Below are positions 40,143 through 49,224 of a stretch of 64,000 bases of DNA, piece by piece (the stretch's first letter is position 1; each line of letters starts with the position of its first letter). Position numbers and translations under genes: made by a program. Source of the DNA: Myxococcota bacterium (GTDB taxonomy: Bacteria; Myxococcota_A; UBA796; CAJQPC01); contig DASCPX010000070.1 in the NCBI GenBank assembly GCA_036012755.1, forward strand, positions 256,001 through 320,000, written 5' to 3'. The notes below the pieces were generated by a model. It made no database searches. It saw nothing but the letters and a program-made list of their open reading frames with translations, and was not told where the DNA came from.

Positions 40143-41513
40143 ATGGACGTGGTCGTCGTCGGCGGAGGAATCAGCGGCCTGGCCTGTGCGCGAGCGCTTG
40201 CCGGAGACGGCCTCGACGTGCTCTGCCTGGAGGCTGCTCCTCGGGCAGGCGGGACGATCCAGACGGTTCGCCGTGGGGGCTTTGTGCTGGAAGGAGGTCC
40301 CACGGGATTCCGGGACAAGGTCGGCGCGGTTCGCGGGATCTGCTCGGAGCTGGGCATGGAGGGGGATCTGATCGGCTCCACACCCAGCGGAAGCCGGTGG
40401 ATTCGCCGAGGCGGCAGGCTGAGGTCATTCCCGGCCAGCCTGCTGGGTTTCCTCGAGAGTGATCTGCTGAGTCTGCGCGGGCGATTGCGCATGCTGATGG
40501 AGCCGCTGGTCCCCTCCCGCTCAGAGGACGAGACCGTCGAGGAGTTCGCCGTCCGTCGCCTGGGGGCCGAGGCCGCCCGCTACCTGGTGGATCCAATCAT
40601 CACGGGTGTCTTCGCCGGGGATCCCTGCAAGCTCAGTCTCCAGGCATGCCTGCCGCATCTCGCTGCCCTGGAGAGCCGCGGTCGCTCGCTGCTGCTAGCG
40701 CTGCTCCGGTCCCGGGGTCGCAGTCGTCCCCTGACCAGCTTCCGAGAGGGCACGGACCAGGTGGTTCGGATCCTCGCGCGCTCCCTGGGCCGACGCCTGG
40801 TGCTGGATGCGCCAGTGCTCGGCATCGGGCGGAGGCCTGGCGGCTTCCGTGTCCGAGTCGGAGGGAGCATGCTCGGCACGGTCGAGTGCTCCGCCGTGGT
40901 CTCCGCTGCCCCTGCGCCGGCCGCCCGACGCTACCTCTCGGAGCTCGACGAGGAGCTTGCCTGAGTCCTCGGCCAGGTGCCCGGCGCACCGGTCGCCGCC
41001 GTGACGCTCGGCTTCGCCCAGCACCAGGTGTCTGCCCCGCGCGAGGGCTTCGGCTACCTCGTCCCGTCGGCAGAGGACTGCCCGGTCCTCGGAGTCCTGC
41101 AGGCCGAGCAGATCTACCGCGGGTACCGGGCGCCAGAAGGTTGCTGCGTCATGCAGGTCTTCATGGGCGGCGGTCGTTCTCCGGACCTGGTCCACGGGGA
41201 GGAGGAGGAGCTGATCGCACTCGCCCTCGAAGAGCTCGGGTCGACCCTCGGCGTCCGCGGAGCTCCCCTCGTCTCTCAGGTCACGCGCCACTCCAGCGGC
41301 ATTCCCCAGTATGTCCTCGGTCACCAGGACCGCGTGGCTCGCGTGGAGGCCCTGGCGGCCCGTCACCACGGTCTGAGGCTCTGTGGCAGCGGCCTTCGAG
41401 GTCCCGGCATGGACGCGCTGGTCCGGGACGCGGTGGTCACCGCGCGGGCTGTCGCCGACGACCTCCGGGGAGCAGGAGGCGCACCGCTCCTCTGCGCGGC
41501 GTCAGGAAGCTGA
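40143..41513 (+). CDS. hemY: Protoporphyrinogen/coproporphyrinogen oxidase (HemY type), interrupted by in-frame TGA at 40962-40964
   Basis: VVGGGISGL, LEGGP, GVFAGDP..LS, GFGYL, IPQY; track ORFs 40140 and 40977 share one frame. Confidence 0.85.
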
Positions 41514-41625
41514 CAGTCTACGTCGGATGACCGATGGAGGCCGCCCTGCTGGTCGGGTAGCAGGCGGCCATGAATGGGCTCAAGTCAGAGACCTCATCGA
41601 CTGACCGCTCGGGGGGACCCGACTA

Positions 41626-43173
41626 GTGGCTGCAAATGTGATCGTCGTCGGCGCCGGCGCCGCCGGAATGGCCGCTGCTTCGGCGCTCGCCCACGGCGGG
41701 GCGAAGGTGACCGTCCTGGAGAAGGACCACTTCCTCGGCGGGCGGTGGGGGACCATGACCACCACCTCCTTCGAGCAGGATGACCGTCGGTGGGAGTTCC
41801 CCATCGAGCACGGGATCCACGGCTTCTGGAGGCAGTACCGGAACCTCAGGGCGCTGCTCGCACGGCACGGTCTCGACCGCCACATGATCGACTCCGGGCG
41901 GCAGGAGCTGGCGCTCTGTCTGGATGGGGACCGGATCCGGTTCCTCGACGTGGGCGACACGGTCCGGAACAGCCCGCTGCCGGATCCCTTCGCCTTCGCC
42001 GGTCTGCTGGCGGACCGTGAGTTCCTCCGCCTGGTGCTGCGCGCCAACCCGCTGGCCATGGTCTCGATGGCGCGGGACATGGGGCACGTCTTCGCCTTCG
42101 ATCCCGCCAAGGACATCGAGGAGTACGACCAGTACACCGTGCTCCAGCTGGTCAGGAACTGGCCGCCGTTCATGCGGTCCTTCTTCCGGTCCCTCGTCCA
42201 CATGGCTTTCTTCCTGGAGCTGGACGAGGCAGCGCTGGGGGCCTTCATGACCAGCCTGCAGCACTACACGGTCTGCGACAAGCGCGACATCTCGTTCAAC
42301 TACCTGGGCGACACCACCGAGGCCTGCGTCTTCAGACCCATCGCGGACTTCATCGAGTCCCGCGGCGGGAGGGTGCTGACCAACAACCACGTCGAGGAGG
42401 TCGTGGTCGAGGATGGCCGCGTCTGCGGCGTCATGGCCAAGGACGCTCGGGGCCGTCGTCGTCGCCTCAAGGCCGACGCCTGCATCCTCGCGGTGGACCC
42501 TCCGGCGATGAAGGCGCTGCAGGTCGAGGGCCTCCCTGACGTCGTCCTCGGAGATCCTCCAGAGGCCATCGCCTCCAACACCGTGCGGTTCTGGTTCTCC
42601 GGGCGCCCGGCTCCCGAGAGGGCGACCAACGGCATGGTGTCGGGGCCGAACATCAACAACTACTTCTGGGTCAGCTCCATCCAGCGCCCCTTCGTCGAGT
42701 GGGCCGAGGCCACCGGCGGATCCGCCATCGAGGCTCATCAGTACGGCGCGGTGGCGAACAAAGCCGCCAACCAGACCGACGCGGAGCTCATGGAGGGCGC
42801 TCGGCGGAGGATCGAAGAGGTCTGGCCGGGCGTGGCGGGGACCTGTGTGCATCAGCACCTCGTGCGCAGCCCGCCGGGTCACCCGGACTTCCGCAAGGGT
42901 GTCTGGAACAAGATGCCCCCGGTGCGCACCAAGCTGCCCAACCTGGCTATCTGCGGGGACTGGGTCGGGCCCGAGCATCACGTCTTCTTCCTCGAGCGCT
43001 GTGCGACGACCGGGCTCGAGGCTGCCAGGACCGTGGCTCCGGCCATCGGCGTGGATACGGGAGCCATGCCAGAGCTCATCCCCGCTCACCCGGCTTCATC
43101 GGGCTTCAAGCTCTACCAGCACATCGCCCAGGTGTTAAGGCGACAGGGACTGCTTCCCTCGCTGGACCGGTGA
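41626..43173 (+). CDS. FAD-dependent oxidoreductase, carotenoid desaturase/CrtU-HpnE-like (amine oxidase family)
   Basis: VVGAGAAG, LGGR, IEHGIHGFWRQYRNL, NLAICGDWV, LERCATTG. Confidence 0.8.
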   Translation: MAANVIVVGAGAAGMAAASALAHGGAKVTVLEKDHFLGGRWGTMTTTSFEQDDRRWEFPIEHGIHGFWRQYRNLRALLARHGLDRHMIDSGRQELALCLDGDRIRFLDVGDTVRNSPLPDPFAFAGLLADREFLRLVLRANPLAMVSMARDMGHVFAFDPAKDIEEYDQYTVLQLVRNWPPFMRSFFRSLVHMAFFLELDEAALGAFMTSLQHYTVCDKRDISFNYLGDTTEACVFRPIADFIESRGGRVLTNNHVEEVVVEDGRVCGVMAKDARGRRRRLKADACILAVDPPAMKALQVEGLPDVVLGDPPEAIASNTVRFWFSGRPAPERATNGMVSGPNINNYFWVSSIQRPFVEWAEATGGSAIEAHQYGAVANKAANQTDAELMEGARRRIEEVWPGVAGTCVHQHLVRSPPGHPDFRKGVWNKMPPVRTKLPNLAICGDWVGPEHHVFFLERCATTGLEAARTVAPAIGVDTGAMPELIPAHPASSGFKLYQHIAQVLRRQGLLPSLDR

Positions 43174-43176
43174 GGC

Positions 43177-43192
43177 TGGCGTCCAACTTGCA
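43177..43192 (+). promoter_or_regulatory. Possible sigma-54 promoter
   Basis: TGGCGTCCAACTTGCA, correct GG/GC spacing, 12 nt before ATG 43205. Confidence 0.5.
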
Positions 43193-43204
43193 GGGCAGAG
43201 CCCC

Positions 43205-43633
43205 ATGAGCGTCCGACGATTCCCCGGCCAGCGGGCGGTGCGCATCGCGCTTCGTACGGCGCACATCGCCTCGATTGTGCTCCTCGTCGGGGCCGCCACG
43301 TTCGGTGAACCCATCGACGACTGGCTGGAGCTGGCGCTCTTGACTGGCGGACTCCTCGTTCTCGAAGAGCTGTTCCGCTACGGACTCCACTGGTTCCGCT
43401 GGCTCCAGTCCTGGGTCGTCGTGGGCAAGCTGGCCCTGCTGCTGTGCGTCCTGACACTGCCTGCGTACCAGCTCCCGGCGCTCTGGACGGCGCTCGTCCT
43501 GGGGGCCATCATCAGCCACGCACCCGGAGCGGTGCGCCAGTTCGCGATCTTCGGCGATCCGGGCCCCTGTGCGACGAAGGGGGCCCAGTCATGCCTGGAA
43601 TCGACCCAAGGAGAACTCCATGACCCTAGCTGA
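43205..43633 (+). CDS. Hypothetical membrane protein (about 4 TM)
   Basis: Hydrophobic helices with LRTAH and IISHAP. Confidence 0.75.
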   Translation: MSVRRFPGQRAVRIALRTAHIASIVLLVGAATFGEPIDDWLELALLTGGLLVLEELFRYGLHWFRWLQSWVVVGKLALLLCVLTLPAYQLPALWTALVLGAIISHAPGAVRQFAIFGDPGPCATKGAQSCLESTQGELHDPS

Positions 43634-43742
43634 GACCCTCGCCCTCCACTCCGGCTGGATCGCCGGCGTCATCGGCGCGACCGTCGCCGGCGGCTTCGCC
43701 CTCGCCGGACCTCTGTTCCTCTTCAGCCGCACTCGGCGGTGA
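43620..43742 (+). CDS. Small 40-aa single-TM protein (not in ORF track)
   Basis: AAGGAGA-N5-ATG; MTLAETLALHSGWIAGVIGATVAGGFALAGPLFLFSRTRR*. Confidence 0.55.
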   Translation: MTLAETLALHSGWIAGVIGATVAGGFALAGPLFLFSRTRR

Positions 43743-44470
43743 CGCTCTCTCTCCGCCTGATCAGGCAGAGGGCAAGGACCGAGGCGAGCACCCCCTGAGC
43801 TGCGGCGGGGCCCGTCGTGCAAGCTGATGTTGCGTCCGTCCGCATCGCGATGGGCTGGGAAGTCTCCGAGACGTTCCCCGCCAGGTCGACGCTCCGGACG
43901 CGGACGAAGCGCTGGTCCAGCCTCCCAAAGTCCTCGTCCTCCAGCCGGACGAGCCCGGAAGCCGAAGCTGTCTCTGTCAGGGTGATCTCGCCGAAGGCCT
44001 CTGTCTCGGCCACCTCGAGCTCGTGGATGACCTGCCCCTCCTCGGGGTGATTTTCGAGGATCAGGGCCAGCACGTTTCCGCCGGCGCAGCCGTGGAGGGC
44101 CATGCTGCGGTCACTCCATGTGTCGAGGACGTCCACCTTGTCGGGCGCCTCGTCGTCCGGCCCGTCACTCGTCGTGAAAGCCCGCTGTTGGGTGCTGTAC
44201 GTGAACAGGTAGTGAGGTGTCGGGTTCCAGCCCGGCAGCCGGCTCGAAGGAGCTGTGCTCGTCAGTCTCCAGCGCCACCAGATCCACAGCCTCGCCCAGG
44301 TCTTCGTTCCAGAGCTCGGGCTGGAGGGTGTCCTCCGTGATGACGGCGTTGCGCACGACCAGGGTCGTGTTCGTCCCGACCACGGCGCCCCAGGCGGGGA
44401 GGAGCTCCACCGGTGGCCCGGACTCGGAGCAGGCAGCGGCAGGGGCGAGGAGGGCAAGGACCATGGACAT
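43723..44470 (-). CDS. Secreted protein with MYXO-CTERM-like tail (frameshift near 44220)
   Basis: MVLALLAPAAA; Ig/FN3-like RVRSVDLAGN; SAC..VLASVLALCLIRRR. Confidence 0.65.
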
Positions 44471-44527
44471 TCGAGTCTCCGCCTGCCTGCTCTGTGCATA
44501 CGTCGCGCGAGGCGTCGGTGTGACCCC

Positions 44528-44998
44528 CTACTCGAGCTGACCGCTCTTCCAGGCCCGCAAGACGGCCTCGGCGCGCGTACGGCAGCCCAGCTTGTCCCGT
44601 GCATGCTCGACGTGTGTTCGGACCGTGGCGGGTCGAATGCCGAGCCTACGGGCGATCTGTTCGGTCGTGCGGCCTTGGGCCACGTGTTGGAGCACGTCGC
44701 GCTCTCGGGAGGTGAGCGGCGTGGCGGATTCGGTCGGCTCGAGCCAGACCGCGAAGCCGCTCGGTGTCGTCAGGCAGGTGAGGCGCAGGATCGCGCCGAG
44801 GGCCTTGACGGGGAGTCCCCTGGGCATGTCACGGGCCCGGCAGCCGTTGGCGCAGACCGGCTCGCCATCCAGGGTGCGAGCCCCGACGACCTCCGCGCAC
44901 TCTCGGCCCTCTGAGCCCTCGAGGGTCTCACTGGCTTCGACTACGCGTCCCTCGGGACTCAGTAGGAGCAAGAGCGGTCTCTTCATCGAGCGGATCAT
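44528..44998 (-). CDS. PAS-like (Cys-rich) + LuxR HTH regulator, paralogue of 35467-35991
   Basis: LLSPEGRV; Cx14Cx3C plus later Cys; LTSRERDVL..TVRTHVEHARDKLG; start 44998 or 44986. Confidence 0.88.
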   Translation of the reverse strand: MIRSMKRPLLLLLSPEGRVVEASETLEGSEGRECAEVVGARTLDGEPVCANGCRARDMPRGLPVKALGAILRLTCLTTPSGFAVWLEPTESATPLTSRERDVLQHVAQGRTTEQIARRLGIRPATVRTHVEHARDKLGCRTRAEAVLRAWKSGQLE

Positions 44999-46262
44999 CG
45001 CAGAGCCGCCTCCGCGCAAAGGCCAAACGGAGGAAGTGAGGCAACAGACCAGCGAAGCCCAGGAAGACCGCGCCGCCGGTCACCGCGAGCACCGGGGCGA
45101 GCGATGCCGCGAGCCATGCCGGGCGGTGGGTGAAGCCCGGGCCGGGATGGAGGAAGCGCGTGATTCCGTCTACGATTCCGGCCGCGTGGAGCCAGATGGT
45201 CATGGTCGCCAGCGCGGCGTTCGTCATCACGATCCATCGGCGCGCTCCCCCCATGGGCTGTCCAAGGAGCCAGGCCACGACAGCCAGCATCGCCATGGTG
45301 TCCATGCCCACCATTCCCGCCATGGCGTGGCCGGGCACGAGATAGGTGCCATGGACCAGGCTGTTCAATGGGGGGAGGGCGAGGAGCATCGAGCTCGCGA
45401 GCACGAAGACGGTCCAGCCCTTGGCGGCGGCGAGGAGCGTCCGGCAGGCGCCGCCGTCGGTGTGGAGCTTCGTGAGGTCGGACAGCGCCTTGAGCAACAC
45501 GACGATCTCGGTCATCGAGACCAAGAAGCCGATCCACTTGAGCCCGTGTCCCTGGGGCAGGTGGTAGGTGTGGTGGACGTAGTTCACGAAGTTGTTGAGC
45601 ACCGCGAGGAACCAGAGCGCCCAGGCAGTCCGCGAGTGGCCGTAGTCCCGGTCTCCAAGCTGAGCACCCAGCCAGACCAGGCAGCCGTAGACGAGGAAGT
45701 TGAGAGAGCCGATCAGCGTCCCACAGGACTTCAGCTGGATGCGGCGGTCCACGATGGGGTCCTCGAGGACCTGGGGCAGCAGCCAGGCGTACTGCTCTGC
45801 GAAGGTGAAGGCGAAGAGCCCGAGCCCGCTCACCCACATCAGGACGTGGACGGGCTGGCGCCAGATGGCGGGGAGCAGCTGTCGCAGTGCCCAGATGCAG
45901 AGCGCCAGCCAGCCGAGCGCGATCGGGATGGCCCAGCCTGGATGGAAGCCCACGTATTCCCGGCCGGACCAGTGCCCGAGGGGCAGCGTCACGAGGATGC
46001 CGATGCCGGCGAATGCGAAGCTCGCGACCACCAGTCGGAGCGCGCTGTGGTCTCTCAGGACCCGGGCCAGCACGGCGACCGCGGCGAGGGCGAGCCAGGC
46101 GGCGCCGAAGACCGTGTGCAGGGGCCTGAGGGCGCGCATGTCGAGGCCGAGCGGTTCCATCACCGCGGCGCCCGCTGGGAGTGTGTAGAGAGCTGCCAGG
46201 AGGCCTGCGAGCAGCGCGGTGCAGAGAGCGACCAGCGCCCCGCGGGTGAAGGTCGCGCTCAC
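44928..46262 (-). CDS. Heme-copper oxidase superfamily subunit I, NorB-like with atypical ligands
   Basis: About 12 TM; LRPLH, SGREY, NYVHHTY, SMTE, PGHAM; follows a NorC-like gene with GTGA overlap; 3' end may be frameshifted. Confidence 0.85.
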   Translation of the reverse strand: MSATFTRGALVALCTALLAGLLAALYTLPAGAAVMEPLGLDMRALRPLHTVFGAAWLALAAVAVLARVLRDHSALRLVVASFAFAGIGILVTLPLGHWSGREYVGFHPGWAIPIALGWLALCIWALRQLLPAIWRQPVHVLMWVSGLGLFAFTFAEQYAWLLPQVLEDPIVDRRIQLKSCGTLIGSLNFLVYGCLVWLGAQLGDRDYGHSRTAWALWFLAVLNNFVNYVHHTYHLPQGHGLKWIGFLVSMTEIVVLLKALSDLTKLHTDGGACRTLLAAAKGWTVFVLASSMLLALPPLNSLVHGTYLVPGHAMAGMVGMDTMAMLAVVAWLLGQPMGGARRWIVMTNAALATMTIWLHAAGIVDGITRFLHPGPGFTHRPAWLAASLAPVLAVTGGAVFLGFAGLLPHFLRLAFARRRLCDDPLDEETALAPTESRGTRSRSQ

Positions 46263-46666
46263 TCGAACTCCCACCACGGCAGGTCGGCCAGCGTCTCCCC
46301 GCGGGCCTGTCCCACGCCCGTGCCGTCGATGTGGCGCAGCCACGCAGCGAGCGCGGCGACCTCTGTCTCGTCCAGGTCATAGGCTGGCATCCCACCCGGT
46401 CCGGCCAGCAGCATGGCGTCGAGGACGGGCTCGAGGTCCTCGCCGTAGCGGGTCGCCGCGTTCGTCAGGTCCGGGCCGAGGAAGCCGCCGTAGCCGTAGA
46501 TCTGGTGGCAGGCCTGGCAGTCGTGCCGGTGCCAGAGTCGGATGCCCTCCGTGGCCTGCGGATCGACGGTCTGACCTTCGGAGGGGTCGAGGTAGACCCA
46601 GGCGGTCTGGCCCAGGAACGCTGTGGCCAACAGCGCCATCCAGAGCCGCCGTGTGCCGGGTTTCAT
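46259..46666 (-). CDS. NorC-like membrane-anchored monoheme cytochrome c
   Basis: N-terminal TM; GIRLWHRHDCQACHQIYGYGGFLGPDLTN; GMP. Confidence 0.88.
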   Translation of the reverse strand: MKPGTRRLWMALLATAFLGQTAWVYLDPSEGQTVDPQATEGIRLWHRHDCQACHQIYGYGGFLGPDLTNAATRYGEDLEPVLDAMLLAGPGGMPAYDLDETEVAALAAWLRHIDGTGVGQARGETLADLPWWEFE

Positions 46667-46669
46667 CGC

Positions 46670-46717
46670 TCAGCCGCGCCCGCCGATGACAACCGGATCC
46701 AGGTGGGTCGTCACCAT
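46670..46717 (-). other. 15-codon ORF with strong SD ahead of the norC-like gene (leader peptide or gene remnant)
   Basis: AGGAGGGG-AC-ATG; MVTTHLDPVVIGGRG*; stop 3 nt before the next ATG. Confidence 0.4.
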
Positions 46718-46750
46718 GTCCCCTCCTACATCGTTAGGAGGGCCTACCAC

Positions 46751-46768
46751 ATCGGTCACATGACCGAT
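46751..46768. promoter_or_regulatory. Perfect palindrome, candidate operator between divergent operons
   Basis: ATCGGTCA-CA-TGACCGAT. Confidence 0.5.
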
Positions 46769-46802
46769 ACCCTCGACGTGATTCCGCTGCTAGCGAGGCC
46801 CG

Positions 46803-48110
46803 ATGAGACTCCACCTGATCGACGTTGCGCCGGTGCCGACCGCCAGGCAGAGTTTCCAGACCCTCTCGCTCCCCCGACTCGCAAGCTGCACACCAGCCGG
46901 AATCGACGTCTACATCACCGACGGCCGAGTCGAGGAGATCGACATCGACCGGTCTGCGGACGTCGTCGGACTCACGTTCTCGTGCAACAACGCGCTCCAG
47001 GCCTACGAGCTGGCGGGGCGCGCGCGGGCCATGGGGGCGAAGGTGGTGGCTGGCGGCACCCACGCCACGGCGATGCCCGAAGAGGCCCTCCAGCACGTGG
47101 ACGCCGTGCTCTCGGGCGAGGCTGAGGGCGGAGCCTGGGCGAGGGTGCTCGAGGATCTCGCCGCGGGCCGGAGTGAAGGCTGCTACCGGAACCAGCAGCC
47201 ACCGAGCATCAGCGGCCTCGCCGCACCCAGGCTCGACCTGCTGCGACACCCGGATCGCTACCTCGACTTCTCTCCGATGGAGGCCACGCGCGGCTGCCCC
47301 CACGGCTGCAGCTTCTGCTTCAACTCGGCCATCCATGGCCCGGGCTTCCGCACCCGCCCGGTCGAGGAGGTCGTCGAGGACGCCCGCCGCTCGCCGAGCC
47401 GGAACCTGATGTTCATGGACGACAACCTCTGCGGCAAGCGGGCCTACGCGAAGGAGCTCTTCGAGGCCCTGATTCCACTGAAGAAGCGCCTGTTCTTCCA
47501 GACCCACCTGCTGATGGCAGAGGACCTCGAGCTCCTCGACCTCGCTCGGAGGGCTGGGGCCCACTTCGCCTTCGTCGGCATCGAGTCCTTCGAGGAGGCG
47601 AGCCTGGCCTCCGTGGAGAAGAGCTGGAATCCCCTCGACAAGTACAAGTCCCTGGTTCGACGCTTTCACGACCACGACATCTTCGTCAGCGCCGGGCTCA
47701 TCCTGGGCCTGGACTGTGATGGCCCGGACATCTTCGACAAGACCATCCACTACCTGAACGAGATCGAGGTCGACAACGCAGCCGTCAACCTGCTGATCCC
47801 CTATCCGGGCACCGACTTCTACCGGAAGATGAAGGCCGAAGGCCGCCTGCTCACGGACGACTACCGGCGCTACACCGGCTTTGACGTCGTCGTGGAGCCG
47901 AAGAGCATGACGGTCGCCGAGCTCGAACGCGGCTACGACCGGGTCCTGAAGGAGTTCTACCGGCCAGGTCGGTATGCTCGCACCCTGCTCTCGGCGGGCA
48001 TGTGGAAGCGCGCTCCGGTCTACGCGATGGCGTGGTGGCGGGAGCCGCGTCGACGCACCTTTCGGAGCCTCGGGCGCTCCATCAACCGGCGTGGTGGGGA
48101 CCTTGAATGA
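46803..48110 (+). CDS. B12-binding-domain radical SAM protein
   Basis: VAGGTHAT, GEAE, EATRGCPHGCSFC, FMDDN, VGIES, PYPGT. Confidence 0.92.
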   Translation: MRLHLIDVAPVPTARQSFQTLSLPRLASCTPAGIDVYITDGRVEEIDIDRSADVVGLTFSCNNALQAYELAGRARAMGAKVVAGGTHATAMPEEALQHVDAVLSGEAEGGAWARVLEDLAAGRSEGCYRNQQPPSISGLAAPRLDLLRHPDRYLDFSPMEATRGCPHGCSFCFNSAIHGPGFRTRPVEEVVEDARRSPSRNLMFMDDNLCGKRAYAKELFEALIPLKKRLFFQTHLLMAEDLELLDLARRAGAHFAFVGIESFEEASLASVEKSWNPLDKYKSLVRRFHDHDIFVSAGLILGLDCDGPDIFDKTIHYLNEIEVDNAAVNLLIPYPGTDFYRKMKAEGRLLTDDYRRYTGFDVVVEPKSMTVAELERGYDRVLKEFYRPGRYARTLLSAGMWKRAPVYAMAWWREPRRRTFRSLGRSINRRGGDLE

Positions 48111-49216
48111 GCGAGAGGTCGATGTCTGAGACGATCGCAGTCAGTGGATTCGAGATGCACGCAGCCGGAGAGTCGCTGCGCCCTGCCCAGCGGGTCATCA
48201 CCGAGGTGGCCGAAGACGAGGTCGTGGTCGAGGTCGCCGGCTGCGGTCTCTGCCACACCGATATCGGCTTCCTCTATGGCGGTGTTCGCACGCGGCAGCC
48301 CCTGCCTCTCATCCTCGGGCACGAGATCAGCGGTGTCGTGAAGACCGCTGGCGCGGGCTGTCAGCACCTCCTCGGAGAGCCGGTCGTGGTCCCAGCGGTC
48401 ATTCCCTGCGGCGCATGCGGAGACTGCCTGGCGGGGAGACCGATGATCTGCAGTACGCAGGTCATGCCGGGGAACGACCGAGATGGGGGCTTCGCCACGC
48501 ACGTGGTGGTCCCCGGGCGGGGCCTCTGCCCTGTCCCTGGAGCCTCCGCCGATCCCGACGCGCTGCTCCCCGGACCCAGCGGGCTGACCCTCAGGCACCT
48601 CGCCGTCATCGCCGACGCGATCAGCACCCCCTACGCAGCGCTCGAGCGCTCGGGCCTCGGCGAGGACGGCCTGGCCATCGTCATCGGCCTGGGCGGAGTC
48701 GGGGGCTACGCTGCGCAGCTGGCCAAGGCCCGCGGGGCCAGGGTGATCGGCCTGGACATCGACGCGGACAAGCTGGCGCGGGCGGATGACTTCGGTCTCG
48801 ATCGCGCCGTGAACGTCCGCGACGTCGACGCCCGCGCCCTCAAGAAGCAGATCCGGGCCTGGTCGAACCAGTGGGGGGTCGCGACCCGGAACCAGGTCGT
48901 AGTCGAGTGCTCCGGCACCGCCTCTGGCCAGACCCTCGGCTTCGGTCTGCTCACTCGTGGAGCCACGCTCTGCGTGGTCGGTTTCACGCTCGACAAGCTC
49001 CCGCTGAGGCTCTCGAACCTGATGGCCCTGGACGCTCGCGCGATCGGCACCTGGGGCTGCGATCCGTCGCTCTACCCCGCCGTCGTCGACCTCGTCCTGG
49101 AGGGTCGCATCCAGCTCGGCGCCCACACCGAGCTTCGCCCCCTCGGCGGGATACAAGACGCCTTCGACCAAGTCCGCAGTCACCAGGCCCAGCGCCGGCT
49201 GGTGCTCACCCCCTGA
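48107..49216 (+). CDS. had: 6-hydroxycyclohex-1-ene-1-carbonyl-CoA dehydrogenase
   Basis: GCGLCHTD, LGHEISG, PAVIPCGACGDC, MPGND, LRLSNLMALDARAIGTWGC; adjacent to oah and dch. Confidence 0.9.
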   Translation: MSERSMSETIAVSGFEMHAAGESLRPAQRVITEVAEDEVVVEVAGCGLCHTDIGFLYGGVRTRQPLPLILGHEISGVVKTAGAGCQHLLGEPVVVPAVIPCGACGDCLAGRPMICSTQVMPGNDRDGGFATHVVVPGRGLCPVPGASADPDALLPGPSGLTLRHLAVIADAISTPYAALERSGLGEDGLAIVIGLGGVGGYAAQLAKARGARVIGLDIDADKLARADDFGLDRAVNVRDVDARALKKQIRAWSNQWGVATRNQVVVECSGTASGQTLGFGLLTRGATLCVVGFTLDKLPLRLSNLMALDARAIGTWGCDPSLYPAVVDLVLEGRIQLGAHTELRPLGGIQDAFDQVRSHQAQRRLVLTP

Positions 49217-49224
49217 GAGGTCCC

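Noticed and set aside
44928..46666. Assigning norB/norC or ccoN gene symbols
   Set aside because: Key ligand motifs differ from both families, so the function cannot be assumed
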